A DNA stretch of 64,000 nucleotides from Octopus vulgaris (Eukaryota), in assembly GCA_951406725.2 (NCBI GenBank), contig OX597817.1:4340001-4404000 (forward strand). Direction: 5' to 3'. The notes below the pieces were generated by a model, which did no database searches, was not told where the DNA came from, and saw nothing but the letters and a program-made list of their open reading frames with translations. Shown in pieces: positions 38,879 to 51,035 of the stretch; position 1 is the first letter of the stretch; every line of letters begins with the position of its first letter. Made by a program: the position numbers and the translations under genes.

Positions 38879-39189
38879 TGTATGTATGTATGTATGTATG
38901 TATGTATGTATGAATGAATGAATAAATGTATATATGTATACCTGCAGATTTGTATGTTATGTTCTATGTATATATGTATGTAGACGTGCAGATTTGTGGG
39001 GGTTTTTTCTATGTTTATATGTATGTATGTAGGCAGATGTTTTGTTCTATGTATATCTTCTCATCTACATACTTGCATATCTAGACGTGCTCATGTATAC
39101 TAAAATGATAAACTGGAAAATTTTACCAATTTTTACAGTTCCGGTGATGGTTTGGTTCTTTAGTCTTGGAATCAGTTTTCTGTTATTTA

Positions 39190-39790
39190 GGCAGTGTGTT
39201 ACATATCCTAATACCCCAATAATTACAGGTGAACCTGAACTTGTAATCTGGATGCATATTTCTCAATAGCGTAGGTGTTTTCTTTTCCACTGATATTCAG
39301 CTCTGTTAACATCTGCTGGGCAACTGATTCCCACAACTTTACACTGTTTCTATTCTTTATACAAAATCATTATATCAGGTTAATAGTGTTTCTATTTCAT
39401 TGAAGTTTTCACAGGAACATTCCACCAAACTGTAGTTTCTGATGTCGATGTCCTCAGGATTATCTTTTTGACGGATCTCGTTATACAGTGTCTTAGCTAC
39501 AACATCATGTCTCATCCACAGATAATACTGTTATGACATTTTAGGAGAAATGCTTAGGAAGTGGATGAGATCATGAATACTAACTCCACAAAGTCTGCAT
39601 CGGTTGTCACATTTGTCTGCTTTTCCTGCTTCTCCGTCTCTTTTGTGCATTCGGTTGATATTTCCTATTCCTGGATTGCAAACGCACACCTGTAATCAGG
39701 TTGTTGGTCCTCGATAAACTGCTTAGATGGTCAGTGTTACTATCATCTCGGAGCTTTCTACTAACATATCCATGTTGCGGTAGAGTCGTG
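39190..39790 (-). mobile_element. Decayed R4/Dong-like RLE LINE 3' fragment
   Basis: Broken minus frames give AFAIQE*EIST, CDNRCRLCGV, RHDVVAKTLY, WWNVPVKT, PDIMIL and GISCPADVN. Shares AACTCCACAAAGTCTGCATCGGTTGTCACA with ~4799-4828. Confidence 0.8.
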
Positions 39791-40041
39791 CGACTTTTGT
39801 GGGTTATATATGTATGTATGTATGTATGTATGCATATATGTATGCATGTATATATGTATGCATGCATGTATATATATGTATGCATGTATATATGTATGCA
39901 TGCATGTATATATATGTATGTATGTATATATGTGTGCATGTATGTATGTATGCATATATGTATGTATGTATACATGTATGTATGTATGTATGTATGTATG
40001 TATGTATGTATGTATGTATGTATGCATGTATATATGTATGC

Positions 40042-40072
<31 letters not shown>

Positions 40073-40139
40073 TGTATGTATGTATGTATGTATGTATGTA
40101 TGTATGTGTGTATGTATGTATGTATGTGTGTAAGCATAG

Positions 40140-40260
40140 AACTCAAAAGTAAGTATTGCAGACAACACAAAAAGGATGAGAATCGACGTTTCTGACAATA
40201 GTCCTTCATCAGAAAAATGGTGTAGAAGAAAAGTCTCGGAGATGAGTTTTTGTACATATT
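40140..40260 (-). ncRNA. Segment with a hammerhead-like motif (40183-40216)
   Basis: Minus strand reads CTGATGA-AG-GAC-tatt-GTC-A-GAAAC-GTC. Confidence 0.55.
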
Positions 40261-41242
40261 TGTATTCTATTTATGCGTGTATCGGAAAATCACAAGCATT
40301 CACGCATATATTAACATATTTACAATTTACCTAGGTATAACTAACCTCTCCTCAATGTCATATAATCTGTACTTTGTATAAGATATATGCTTTCAATCAC
40401 ATTAAACTTCACATCCATATGTGCTCGATTCCTGAGTGCATCCATTCCACTTTACATTTACTCTCAGTTTAAGGTTTGAAAGTCAAAAAATGTAATTTCC
40501 TTTCTAACACAAATCTGAAGAATTTTTTGCTTTAAAGTTTCGCTTTTCCTTTTTTAGCCTTAGAACCATTTGTGCATAAATGTTAACTTGATAATTGCAG
40601 CGAATGAGTATTTCATCCTAATAACATTCGTATCTGACGACTCCCATTTTCAAAGACAAATTGGTAATGTTTGATCCATAACGAAGGATTATGTTCACCG
40701 TTGTCTTTGATCATAACGACATTTACATCCTTTAAGAATGTCAGCTTCAACATCATAATTTATATATCTATACCTACGAGTCGGTTGACAAGCTTTAATT
40801 TCCTTCTAGTAATACAGATAAATGAACAGAAAAAGAATGATGAAAGCCATTTTGCTAAAGTATTTCAGTTTATTATACTTTATACTGAATGGTTGAATCA
40901 CAATATATTTCATATATCATCTTAACCAACTGACTGTAAAGCGTAGACCGCAGGAATAACTTGAAAATGCGTAGTTACTATTGATATATTTGACACAAAG
41001 CCAATTGGTTAAAGGTGTTATTGTCATTAGTATCAACTTAGTATATTATATAGTATTATCGACTCGAGCGAATGAAGGAGAACATTGGCCTCGATCAGAT
41101 ATACACTCTTTGACTAATGTCCCTTACTCAGTACACCTGAAACAGAAAAGGAGTAAAATGTATTCTATATCAAGCCCCGTTCATTAACGTCTTGAGAATT
41201 AGTAGGAAAAGCTACAAGCCTTGTAAATTTGATTGCTTTGTA

Positions 41243-41445
41243 AGGCGGCAAGCTCGCAGAATCTTTAGCACGTCGGGCAAAATGCTTAGCGGCATTTCGT
41301 TCTGAGTCCAAATACCACCGAGTTTGTATATGCATTTCATCCTTTCGGGTCGATAAAATCTGTAGCAGTTAAGTATTGGGTTCGATGTAATCGACTTACC
41401 CACTCACGTGAAATCATTGGCCTTATACTAAAATATGATACCAAT
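41243..41445 (+). mobile_element. tRNA-derived SINE, group C (alternative tail)
   Basis: GGCGGCAAGCTCGCAGAATCTTTAGCACG head and TTTCATCCTTTCGGGTCGATAAA core. Tail differs from 51829-52061. Confidence 0.8.
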
Positions 41446-42576
41446 ATGTTTGCATTATAACCTCCACACCAAACGTGATGTGTTATCACCAGGATTTTTA
41501 ACACTTTTAATTAGGTAAAATCCTGATTTCTTCGTACCAAAATATTGTTCATGAAAAAGTTCAAAGAACAGTCCTGTTTATTCAGCATGGTTTCTGAAAA
41601 CTCACTACTTTTAGTCCTATAGTCCTGACGGCAACAAACTTTTCTTACCAAGTCTGACATCATCTCTCATATCTTCATAGCGGAAAAAATAATGGAACCT
41701 AAAATCACTTGATGAATATTAATTATTGCTGTTTCTCATCGTAACCTTACTTCAGCATAGCAATCAATAACTCATGTGATAAATATGTTAACACTAACTT
41801 AACACTGTATTTTCTGGCTGTTGGCGTCTCTCATTTATTTACTTCCTAAAAAGTATTTCGTTCTAAAAACAACCAGTGGATACTTTTTTAATGATTCTCT
41901 TGTTACAACTACATCAATTACATAGAAGTTGAAATTTCTATGCTGAGGTCATGAGAACACTGAAACAACTTTGGAGATGCCTCTCTTACTAACTAATATA
42001 AGTTATAGGAGTCACTGGAGATATACTGCTTCATGTCTCTTAGCAGACATTTTGTTAGCCCATAGTAGTACTCAGTAGATCATTAATGGTTTTATGATCT
42101 TAAGGCAGGGAATACAAAATAATATCCGTATATTTCGTTTTAAAGTCTTCTTCGTTTCTTACATTTACCAAATCGTGTCACGTAGTTTATTATATCTTAA
42201 TGTAATAATATCTATTTGCATATGATGCGCTACTGCAAATTTGTAATTAAAAATATTGTAATTGAAAATACAGGACACAGATTTTTATGTACTTTTCAGG
42301 AACGAAAGGAAATTTGGTGACAATGGAATTTAAAATCACCAAAGTGAGAAATGTAACTTAATGCTGCACTGCAACCAGTTGGCACTCCACCATTCATACC
42401 ACTTTAGCATTTTAGTAAAATGTTGTAATACGATTTGATTATAATGATGATTACAATTTAACAACCAAATGTGGACTGTAAATTTCTTTCCTTGATTGGT
42501 AACGAGCCTATGCCACGGGTAATTTCATTGCCACGTTATAGACTTTTGCGTGACACATGATGTACTGTCGGAAATA

Positions 42577-43842
42577 CGAGGAGCGTTCAATAAGTAATGC
42601 CCCTGACCCACTTCCCATAGCAGTAGAGCAACGAAACTTGGCACAGTTATTAGTCTTTTTCTACATAGGAACCACCCAGAGTTACGCATTTCTCCCATCG
42701 TTTGATGCGGCTCTGGAGACCGTTTTTGTAGAAGAACCCAGCTTGGTCCTCCAACCTCAACGTGACTTCAGAAATCAAGGCTGCATCATCTGGGAAACGC
42801 TTTCCTTTCAAAAACAACTTCATGATTGGGAAGAGGTGAAAATCAGAGGGTGCAAGGTCAGGAAAGAAGGGGGATGGGGAGGAGTTCATAGTCATACGCC
42901 TGTGCTTCTGATCTGGAGTTGTGGACCGGAGCGTTGTCCTGCAGGAGGAGGATGCCTTTGCTGATCTTGCCCCGCCTCTTGATTTTGATAACTTCTCTTA
43001 ATTTCCTCAAAAGTGAAGCATAATAGGCTCCTGTAATTGTGGTACCCTTTGCCAGGAAATCTGTCATCACTACTCCGTCCTGGTCCCAGAAGACTGTGAG
43101 CATGACCTTGCCAGCGGAGGGCTGCACCCTTGTCTTCTTTGGAGGGGGTGAGTCACGGTGCTTCCACTGCATTGACTGGGCTTTGGTCTCTGGATCATCG
43201 TGATGGACCCAGGTTTCATCCTGTGTAGTCAGTCTTTTGAAAAATGTTGACTCATCTTCTTGGCACATCTCCAAATTCACCCTCGAGCACTCGACGCGTT
43301 CTTGCTTCTGGAAAGGTGTGAGCAACCTGGGAATCCATCTGGCAGACACCTTTTGCATATGCAAATGGTCATGAATGATAGTTTCCACAGACCCGGTACT
43401 AATCTTGACCTCATGGGCTATTTGACGAATAATTATGCGTCGATCTTCCAAAATGGCAGCCTCAACTTGACGGACAGATGCCTCATCAATGGCAGAAGGG
43501 GCGACCAGATCTGGGAGCTGTTTCCACAGAGTTCCGACCATGTTTGAATTCACGATGCCAGCGTTTTACAAGGTCATATGATGGGGCATCATCACCATAA
43601 GTTACTTTCATTTCATCAAAAGTCTCCCGTGGTGTGCTTCATTTCAAATACAAAAACCGGATCACTGCTCGACACTCAACAGGCTCCATTTCACACTTGA
43701 CTCGGTTCAAACACCTGTAAATCAGAAACCACAATTAATTGCCACTTACTCTATAGAGATATAAATGATTGCACATGCAAAATTTCAGCTAGATCAAACA
43801 ACTGCAAGTGGGTCAGAGGCATTACTTATTGAACGTCCCTCG
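42577..43842 (-). mobile_element. Full-length mariner (DD34D, irritans-like) with a disrupted transposase (ATG at 43689, stop at 42650)
   Basis: TA-flanked TIRs CGAGGAGCGTTCAATAAGTAATGCC and GGCATTACTTATTGAACGTCCCTCG. Motifs WIPRLL, TQDETW, LQDNAP, PDLAPSDFHLF. An early TGA and frameshifts disrupt the ORF. Confidence 0.95.
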
Positions 43843-44565
43843 TATATACGCTTTTTCTAAAATGCTTTTTTATAAACATATTCCTAAGACTAAAATACAG
43901 GTATGCACGTAAATGATTATTCAATAATAGGATTATTTAAGAAATTAATCATTTGATATGCTGTGTTTAAGATATTCCATCACTTCTTAAATTGTGCACA
44001 CAGTTTAAAGGAATGTATAAAGTTTGTCGGATGCATAACCAAACTTCACTGACCTCGATCCATCGATCGAGTCTGTGTAGTCATTCCATTGTATAGAATT
44101 GTCAGATAATATCTCCCTTAAAGCTTAGCTATTGTTTAAATATATCAGATTTAGTCATGTGGACCTAGGCGTGGTATGTTTGGTTAGAAAATAGGGATAT
44201 TTTAAATAATACATTATGTGTGATCAGAACTGACATAAATATTAATCAACCAAAGCAACAAAATTCGATATTAGCAGAAATATTCCAAGTATTTGAATCC
44301 CTTTTGTGGACGATGGCTTGTGAACACACTAAGAGCTATTTAGTAACAAATTTTTCGCACAATGCGTTTACACAGGCAGTGTAGGCCACTTGCATAAAAT
44401 AGCACTGACTTAATCTGTGTATCATCCTATCTAATACTGAAAGCTCTGATGTGTCATTAAAATAGAGAAGTTCATTGACTGGATGTCTTTTCCCATTTAG
44501 AAGAGAAAGCCACAAGTTCCGAGTAAGCTCAATGAAGAACAATCGCATAACACTGTTCGGAATCG

Positions 44566-44632
<67 letters not shown>

Positions 44633-44696
44633 CACTAGAAGACTACACAAGACACCAGTTTACCAAACGAATTCTATGTGATGCACACCAAAACAC

Positions 44697-44745
<49 letters not shown>

Positions 44746-44765
44746 TATATATATATACGGGAGTA

Positions 44766-45099
44766 GCAGTGAGGGCGCGTGGCTTAGTGGTTAGGGCATT
44801 CGGCTCATGATCGTAAGGTTGTGAGTTCGATTCCCGGCGACGCGTTGTGTCCTTGAGCAAGACACTTTATTTCACGTTGCTCCAGTCCACTCAGCTGGCA
44901 AAAATGAGTTGTACTTGTATTTCAAAGGGTCAGCCTTGTCACTCTCTGTGTCACGCTGATTATCCCCGAGAACTACGTTAAGGGTACACGTGTCTGTGGA
45001 ATGCTCAGCCATTTGCACGTTAATTTCACGAGCAAGCTGTTCCGTTGATCGTATCAGCTGGGACCCTCGTCGTCGTAACCGGCGGAGTCTTTTTTTTTT
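44766..45099 (+). mobile_element. tRNA-derived SINE, group A, recent insertion with 12-bp TSD
   Basis: A box TGGCTTAGTGG, B box GTTCGATTC. TSD TATACGGGAGTA at 44754-44765 and 45100-45111. 3' T-tract. Confidence 0.93.
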
Positions 45100-45210
45100 T
45101 ATACGGGAGTAAATGTAAGGACAAGCAAGTTAGGCCAGTCGATATACAAACGTTATTAAATACATTTAATCCAAAAATGTGCCTATGTATGTATATATAT
45201 ATATATATAT

Positions 45211-45876
45211 ATGGATGAGGAAAGCATCCAGAGCCAAATGGAGAAGCCTGGAACACAGGGAAACGATGACACATGTCCAGCTTCCAACACCACAACTGAA
45301 GACCAAAGAGGTGCGATGGCTGCAAGAAAGGAAAGGCACCCTGGAATTGATGGGAAGCAGGAGGTAAAGGGTGACAGAATCAAGGCTAAAGGAAGCCCTG
45401 TCCAGAGAAAGCAGAGGGACCCCAGCAAAAACTGTAAGGACAGGGAAAGAAACACCTGCAAATTCTACCTGAGGGGGGACTGCTGGTACGGCGTTGAAGG
45501 TGCAAACTGTCGCTTTGCACATCGGAGGCCCTACCAAAACCGCACGGACGCGAGACAGAGGTCCTTCCCTCAGGGAGAACAAAAACAAAAACAAAAACAA
45601 AAAGTTAAAAGAAGGGAAAAAAGCGCACTGACCACTACTGAAAGACGGTATGCAGATGTGGTGCGCGGAAACCCAACAGGTGGCCAGCTTCACCCAGATG
45701 TGAGAAGGGCGGCAGCTGAACAGCAGTCTTTTTTGTGCATGGCACAAAAAATTGTTCAGCAGCTGACCTGGCTACAAGCACAAAGCTGGAACTACCACCA
45801 CATAAGGCCACCTCCAACAGATGCAGGATGGCCACCACAGACACCAACACACACACCACAAAAATATTTCTACTGA
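45211..45876 (+). CDS. LINE ORF1 (possibly 5'-truncated) with a CCCH-type zinc finger
   Basis: 221 aa, basic. CKFYLRGDCWYGVEGANCRFAH (C-x7-C-x8-C-x3-H) at 45457-45522. Overlaps the start of ORF2. Confidence 0.75.
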   Translation: MDEESIQSQMEKPGTQGNDDTCPASNTTTEDQRGAMAARKERHPGIDGKQEVKGDRIKAKGSPVQRKQRDPSKNCKDRERNTCKFYLRGDCWYGVEGANCRFAHRRPYQNRTDARQRSFPQGEQKQKQKQKVKRREKSALTTTERRYADVVRGNPTGGQLHPDVRRAAAEQQSFLCMAQKIVQQLTWLQAQSWNYHHIRPPPTDAGWPPQTPTHTPQKYFY

Positions 45877-48832
45877 ATGTAGGAGGGCTGCTGCGCGGAA
45901 ACTGTAAAAAGAAAATTTCATTCCTGAGAGACCTTGTGACATGCAATCAAGCTATATGCATGGTACTCACAGAAACGCATCTTGAACCCGATATAGGTGA
46001 TGCAGAAATACACATGCCGCAATATGCAGTCATACGCACAGATAGAAAAGGGAGGAGCCATGGTGGAGTTGCAATGTACATCCGAGATGACCTCACGCCC
46101 CAGGTCCTGCTGTCATATTCAAACTCAGTATGTGAAACTCAAATTGTACACATAAGACAACTGAATATCGTCATATGCACTACATATCGCCCACCAGATG
46201 CCCCAAAACACTCAGGCATGTTTGAAGACTGCCTAACAAAAATAGGAGAAGTCCTCACCAACCTTGAACAGCACAACAGTGTATTCTTCATGGGTGACTT
46301 TAACCTCCCCAATGTGGAATGGCCTGGGGGCAGATGCTCCCAGGGATGACACACCATCAGCAGGCACAGGTGGAGTCCCTGCTCCATCTCACAAATGCCT
46401 CTTTCATGGAGCAAATAGTTCTGCAACCAACAAGGGCAGATAATATACTGGATCTCTGCTTCACAAACAATATGGATATTATCCATAATGTTAATGTGAT
46501 GCCGACAATGATCTCGGATCACAACATAATAGAGCTGTCTATGTATGGAACAAAAGCCCCCGCAGACACACAGCCTATACGAAGCACCCACCATCTCTCC
46601 AACTTAAACTTTCATAAAGCCAACTGGAAGTCGATTGAGAAAGAGATCCTCAAACAGGATTGGCCTGAATGTCTCTCCACACTGGACATAAACATGAAAC
46701 ACAAACACTTCATGTCCATAATACAAGCCATATGTGACAAATATGTCCCAATGTGCAGGGCCAGCACACACAAGAACAAAAACAGGATCCCTAGAGAAAG
46801 GAGGATTCTTATGAGACGACGGACAAGGATTGCAAACCGCCTGAGCAAGCACACCAAAAGTGGTGAGAAGTCTCGGCTCGAAAGAATGCTAATGGAAACT
46901 GAGAAAAGTCTACATCAGTCCCATGAAAAGGAGAGAGCAGATAAAGAAGCTTGGGTAATAGAAAATATAAAATCAAACCCTAAAGCTTTCTTTAAGTTTG
47001 CCAAAGAGACAGCCACAGTGCACCAGAGAATAGGACCTCTCTTCCAAAAAGATGGCTCTCTCACAGGAAATCCCACGAGGATAAGTGAAATACTAAACGA
47101 ACAGTTCCAAAGTGTGTTCACTACACCTCTAGGACACAGGCAAGTAAACAACCCAGAAGAATTCTTTGCTACTTTACCAGCGGCCAAAGAGACAAAAATT
47201 GAGTACATCAACATCGAAGAAGATGATATCACACTAGCCATTGATGAAATTGACACAAACTCAGCTGCTGGACCTGATGGATTCCCAGCGATCCTTCTCA
47301 AATCGTGCAAACGAGCCCTTGCAAAACCGCTACAGCTTCTTTTTCAGAGCTTTCTTGCAAGTGGTAAGCTCCCAGTCAAACTGAAAGAGGGGGTAATATG
47401 CCCTATCCATAAGGGAGGTAGCAGAGCAGATGCTAAAAATTATAGGCCTATCTCTCTGACCTCACACATCAGCAAAGTCATGGAACGAATAGTCCGTAAG
47501 AAACTAATCATGTTCCTTGAAGAAAATGACTTACTGTCTGACACCCAGCATGGATTTCGACCAGGTAGAGGCTGCCTAACACAGCTCCTGCAACACTATG
47601 ACTGGGTGTTGAAACAGCTACTAAATGGCTCAAATGTGGATGTAATATATCTTGACTTTGCAAAAGCCTTTGATAAAGTCGACCATGGTATGATCTGTCA
47701 CAAACTGCGTGGTCTTGGCATAGGCGGGAAACTTGGAGAGTGGCTGCACAACTTCCTAAAAGACAGAAAACAGGCAGTTGTGAGCAATGGAGCCACCTCC
47801 AGGGAAACGCAAATAACAAGCGGTGTCCCACAGGGCACTGTCTTGGGGCCACTGATGTTCATAGTGGCCCTTTCAGACATGCCTTCAGTTGCTACGATGA
47901 CCACCCTTGCTAGCTATGCAGATGACACAAAAGTCTCCCACGCAATACAAAACCCTGAAAATATTGCGCATCTGCAACATGAGCTGGACACAATATACAG
48001 GTGGGCTGAGGACAACAACATGCAGTTTAATGCAGGTAAGTTCCAGGCCCTGCGCTACTGGCACACAAAGGTAAATGACGTGAAGACTGGATACACTGGC
48101 CCAGGAAGAATTGCAATCCCTGAGTCAAAATCAGTGCGTGACCTGGGCATTGACATGAGCAATGATGCATCTTTCCAAATGCATATTGCTAATCTGGTGA
48201 TAAAATGCAGACGGCTAGCTGGATGGATTCTCCGAACTTTCAGAACAAGAGAGAAGGAGACACTGATGGTCCTATGGAAAACATTTGTCCTCAGCCGCTT
48301 GGACTACTGCTCCCAACTTTGGTCACCACACAATATAAAACAAACAGCAGAACTCGAAGCAACTCAGAGAAGCTACACAAAGAAAATCGTCTCAATGCAA
48401 AATGTCAGCTACTGGGAAAGACTGAAGGTATTAAACCTCTTCTCCCTGGAGCGGAGGCGGGAGAGATATGCAGTGATATACATCTGGAAAATCCTGGAGG
48501 GTCTTGTCCCAAACTTTGGCATTCAAAGTTACTCCAACCGCAGAACGGGGCGCCGCTGCGTGGTGCCAAGGATTCCAACATCACCATCAAAATACAGGTC
48601 CAGATACTGCAACAGCTTGGGTTTCAGAGGACCACAGCTCTTTAACATCCTCCCTAAATGCCTGAGAGACTTACATGGTGTGGATATGGGTTTCTTTAAA
48701 ACTAAACTGGATCTCTTCTTGTTGGGAGTCCCAGATGAACCTACCTCACGACAGGAGACACAGATGCGGGCAGCAGCATCGAACTCCCTTGTTGATCAAG
48801 TGCCACGTATCAGAGGTGGATTCACAAACTAG
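45828..48832 (+). CDS. LINE ORF2: AP endonuclease + reverse transcriptase, one frameshift at ~46326-46330
   Basis: EN motifs LNVGGL, LTETHL, GGVA, YRPP, GDFN, ILDLCF, SDHN. RT motifs NYRPISL, QHGF, YLDFAKAFD, GVPQGTVLGP, YADD. The two frames join if the G5 run after TGGCCT is G6. Confidence 0.92.
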
Positions 48833-48950
48833 TGTAGCTCATTCAGCGGTGGTGCCCCAGCATGGCCGCGGCCTTCGGGCTAAAACATTTTTAAGGATTT
48901 AAGGATTTATATATGTATATATATATATATGTATTATATATATATATATG

Positions 48951-49008
<58 letters not shown>

Positions 49009-49119
49009 TATATAATATATATAAATCCGACTTACACAGAATAGAAATATTATGAATTAAAGGTGTGTGTGTGTGTGCGCGCGTCTGTGTGTGTGTCTGC
49101 ATGTGTGTGTGTGTGTCTG

Positions 49120-49159
<40 letters not shown>

Positions 49160-49344
49160 CGCGTCTGTGTATGTGTGTGTAGACATCAATGTGTATGCAT
49201 GTATACAGATTTAGTATAAGATATAGATTCAGAGAATCGTTCAGGTATCACAGTAAACTCCTCCTACGGACTTGGCTATCAGCCTACGAAGTAACGACGA
49301 AGTCCTTATAGCTGTAAACATACATGTATAGTTTCTTGCACACT

Positions 49345-49720
49345 GTAGTGTGGTTGGAAGATTGTTTCATAGTCACATGGGTCTGGGTCTCAGTCCCACT
49401 GCATGTTATAGCCAAATGTCTTCTACCATAGCTTCAAACCAACCAAAGCCACGTGAGAGGACTTGGTAGGTGTCAAGTAAAAGAAGCTCGTTGTATATAT
49501 ATTTGCCCAGCACCACCTACACCACCACCACCACCACCAACAACAACAACAGCAACAACAACAACAACACTTGACAACTGGTGTAGTGGTGTTTACTTCT
49601 ACGTAACCTAGCGACTCGGCAAATGGGTCCAAGAGAATAAATACCAAGCTTAAAAACAAACAAAAACTACTGGGGTCCCGACAGGGGCGAGGTCCAATGA
49701 CAGGAGGAAGCAAATGTTAA
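49345..49720 (+). mobile_element. Old group B-like SINE with an internal (CCA)n(CAA)n tract
   Basis: Degenerate head GTGTGGTTGGAAG..CAGTCCCACTGC, and ACTTGACAACTGGTG..GTGTTTAC..GAATAAATACCAAGCTTAAAA match the group B body. Confidence 0.7.
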
Positions 49721-49739
49721 AAGAAAATCCATACATACA

Positions 49740-50372
49740 AGCATGTACATACATTCATTCATACATACATTCATTCATACATACATACATACATACATAC
49801 ATACATACATGCATACATACATACATAAATACATACATACATATATATATATAAAATACTCTGTTGTACATGTTGAAATTCCAATGAAGAAGCTTTCGAT
49901 CTCGGTTAGAAACCGGTTCTTTCTCTCATTGGCAAGAAATTTTGAATTAAACTGAATAACGCCATACATACATACATGCATGCATACATACATACATACA
50001 TACATACATACATACATACATACATACATACATACATACATACATACAAACATACATACATACGTACATACATACATACATACATACATACATACATACA
50101 TACATACATACGTCCATACATACATACATGCGTACATACATACATACATACATACATGCGTACATACATACATAAATACATACATACATACATATATACA
50201 TATACATACATACATAAATACATACATACATATATATATATAAAATACCCTGTTGTACATGTTAAAATTCCAATGAAGAAGCTTTCGATCTCGGTTAGAA
50301 ACCGGTTCTTTCTCTATTGGCAAGAAATTTTGAATTAAACTGAATAACGCCATACATACATACATGCATGCA

Positions 50373-50405
<33 letters not shown>

Positions 50406-50774
50406 TCATACATACAAACATACATACATACGTACATACATACATACATACATACATACATACATACATACATACATACATACATACATACATACGTCCA
50501 TACATACATACATGCGTACATACATACATACATACATACATGCGTACATATATACATACATACATACATACATACATACATACATACATACATACATACA
50601 TAAATACATACATACATACATATATATAAAATACCCTGTTGTACATGTTAAAATTCCAATGAAGAAGCTTTCGATCTCGGTTAGAAACCGGTTCTTTCTC
50701 TATTGGCAAGAAATTTTGAATTAAACTGAATAACGCCATACATACATACATGCATGCATACATACATACATACA

Positions 50775-50807
<33 letters not shown>

Positions 50808-51000
50808 TCATACATACAAACATACATACATACGTACATACATACATACATACATACATACATACATACATACATACATACATACATACGTCCATACATA
50901 CATACATGCGTACATACATACATACATACATACGTACATATATACATACATACATACATACATACATACATACATACGTACGTACATACATACATGCATA
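49740..51000 (+). repeat. Tandem array of ~387 bp units: 110 bp core plus variant (CATA)n
   Basis: Cores at 49853-49962, 50242-50350 and 50628-50736. Diagnostic microsatellite variants (CGTCCATAC, CATGCGTAC) recur in each unit. Confidence 0.92.
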
Positions 51001-51035
51001 ATACATACACATATAAAAACATACATTCATACATG

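Larger units (their letters stand above)
45211..48905 (+). mobile_element. CR1-clade LINE, near-intact, inserted in (TA)n
   Basis: ORF1, then APE+RT ORF2, then a short 3' UTR with a stem-loop and (TTTAAGGA)n terminal repeat. (TA)n on both sides. Confidence 0.92.

Noticed and set aside
44773-44845. tRNA-like sequence with A/B boxes and CAT in the anticodon position
   Set aside because: It is the head of a TSD-flanked, multi-copy SINE, and the cloverleaf pairing is poor.
45166-48590. Antisense and alternative-frame ORFs over the CR1 element
   Set aside because: Shadow ORFs of a GC-richer coding region, with no motifs.
49853-50736. Repeat-spacer appearance suggestive of a CRISPR array
   Set aside because: The repeats are 110 bp, the spacers are homologous microsatellite, there are no cas genes and the context is eukaryotic.
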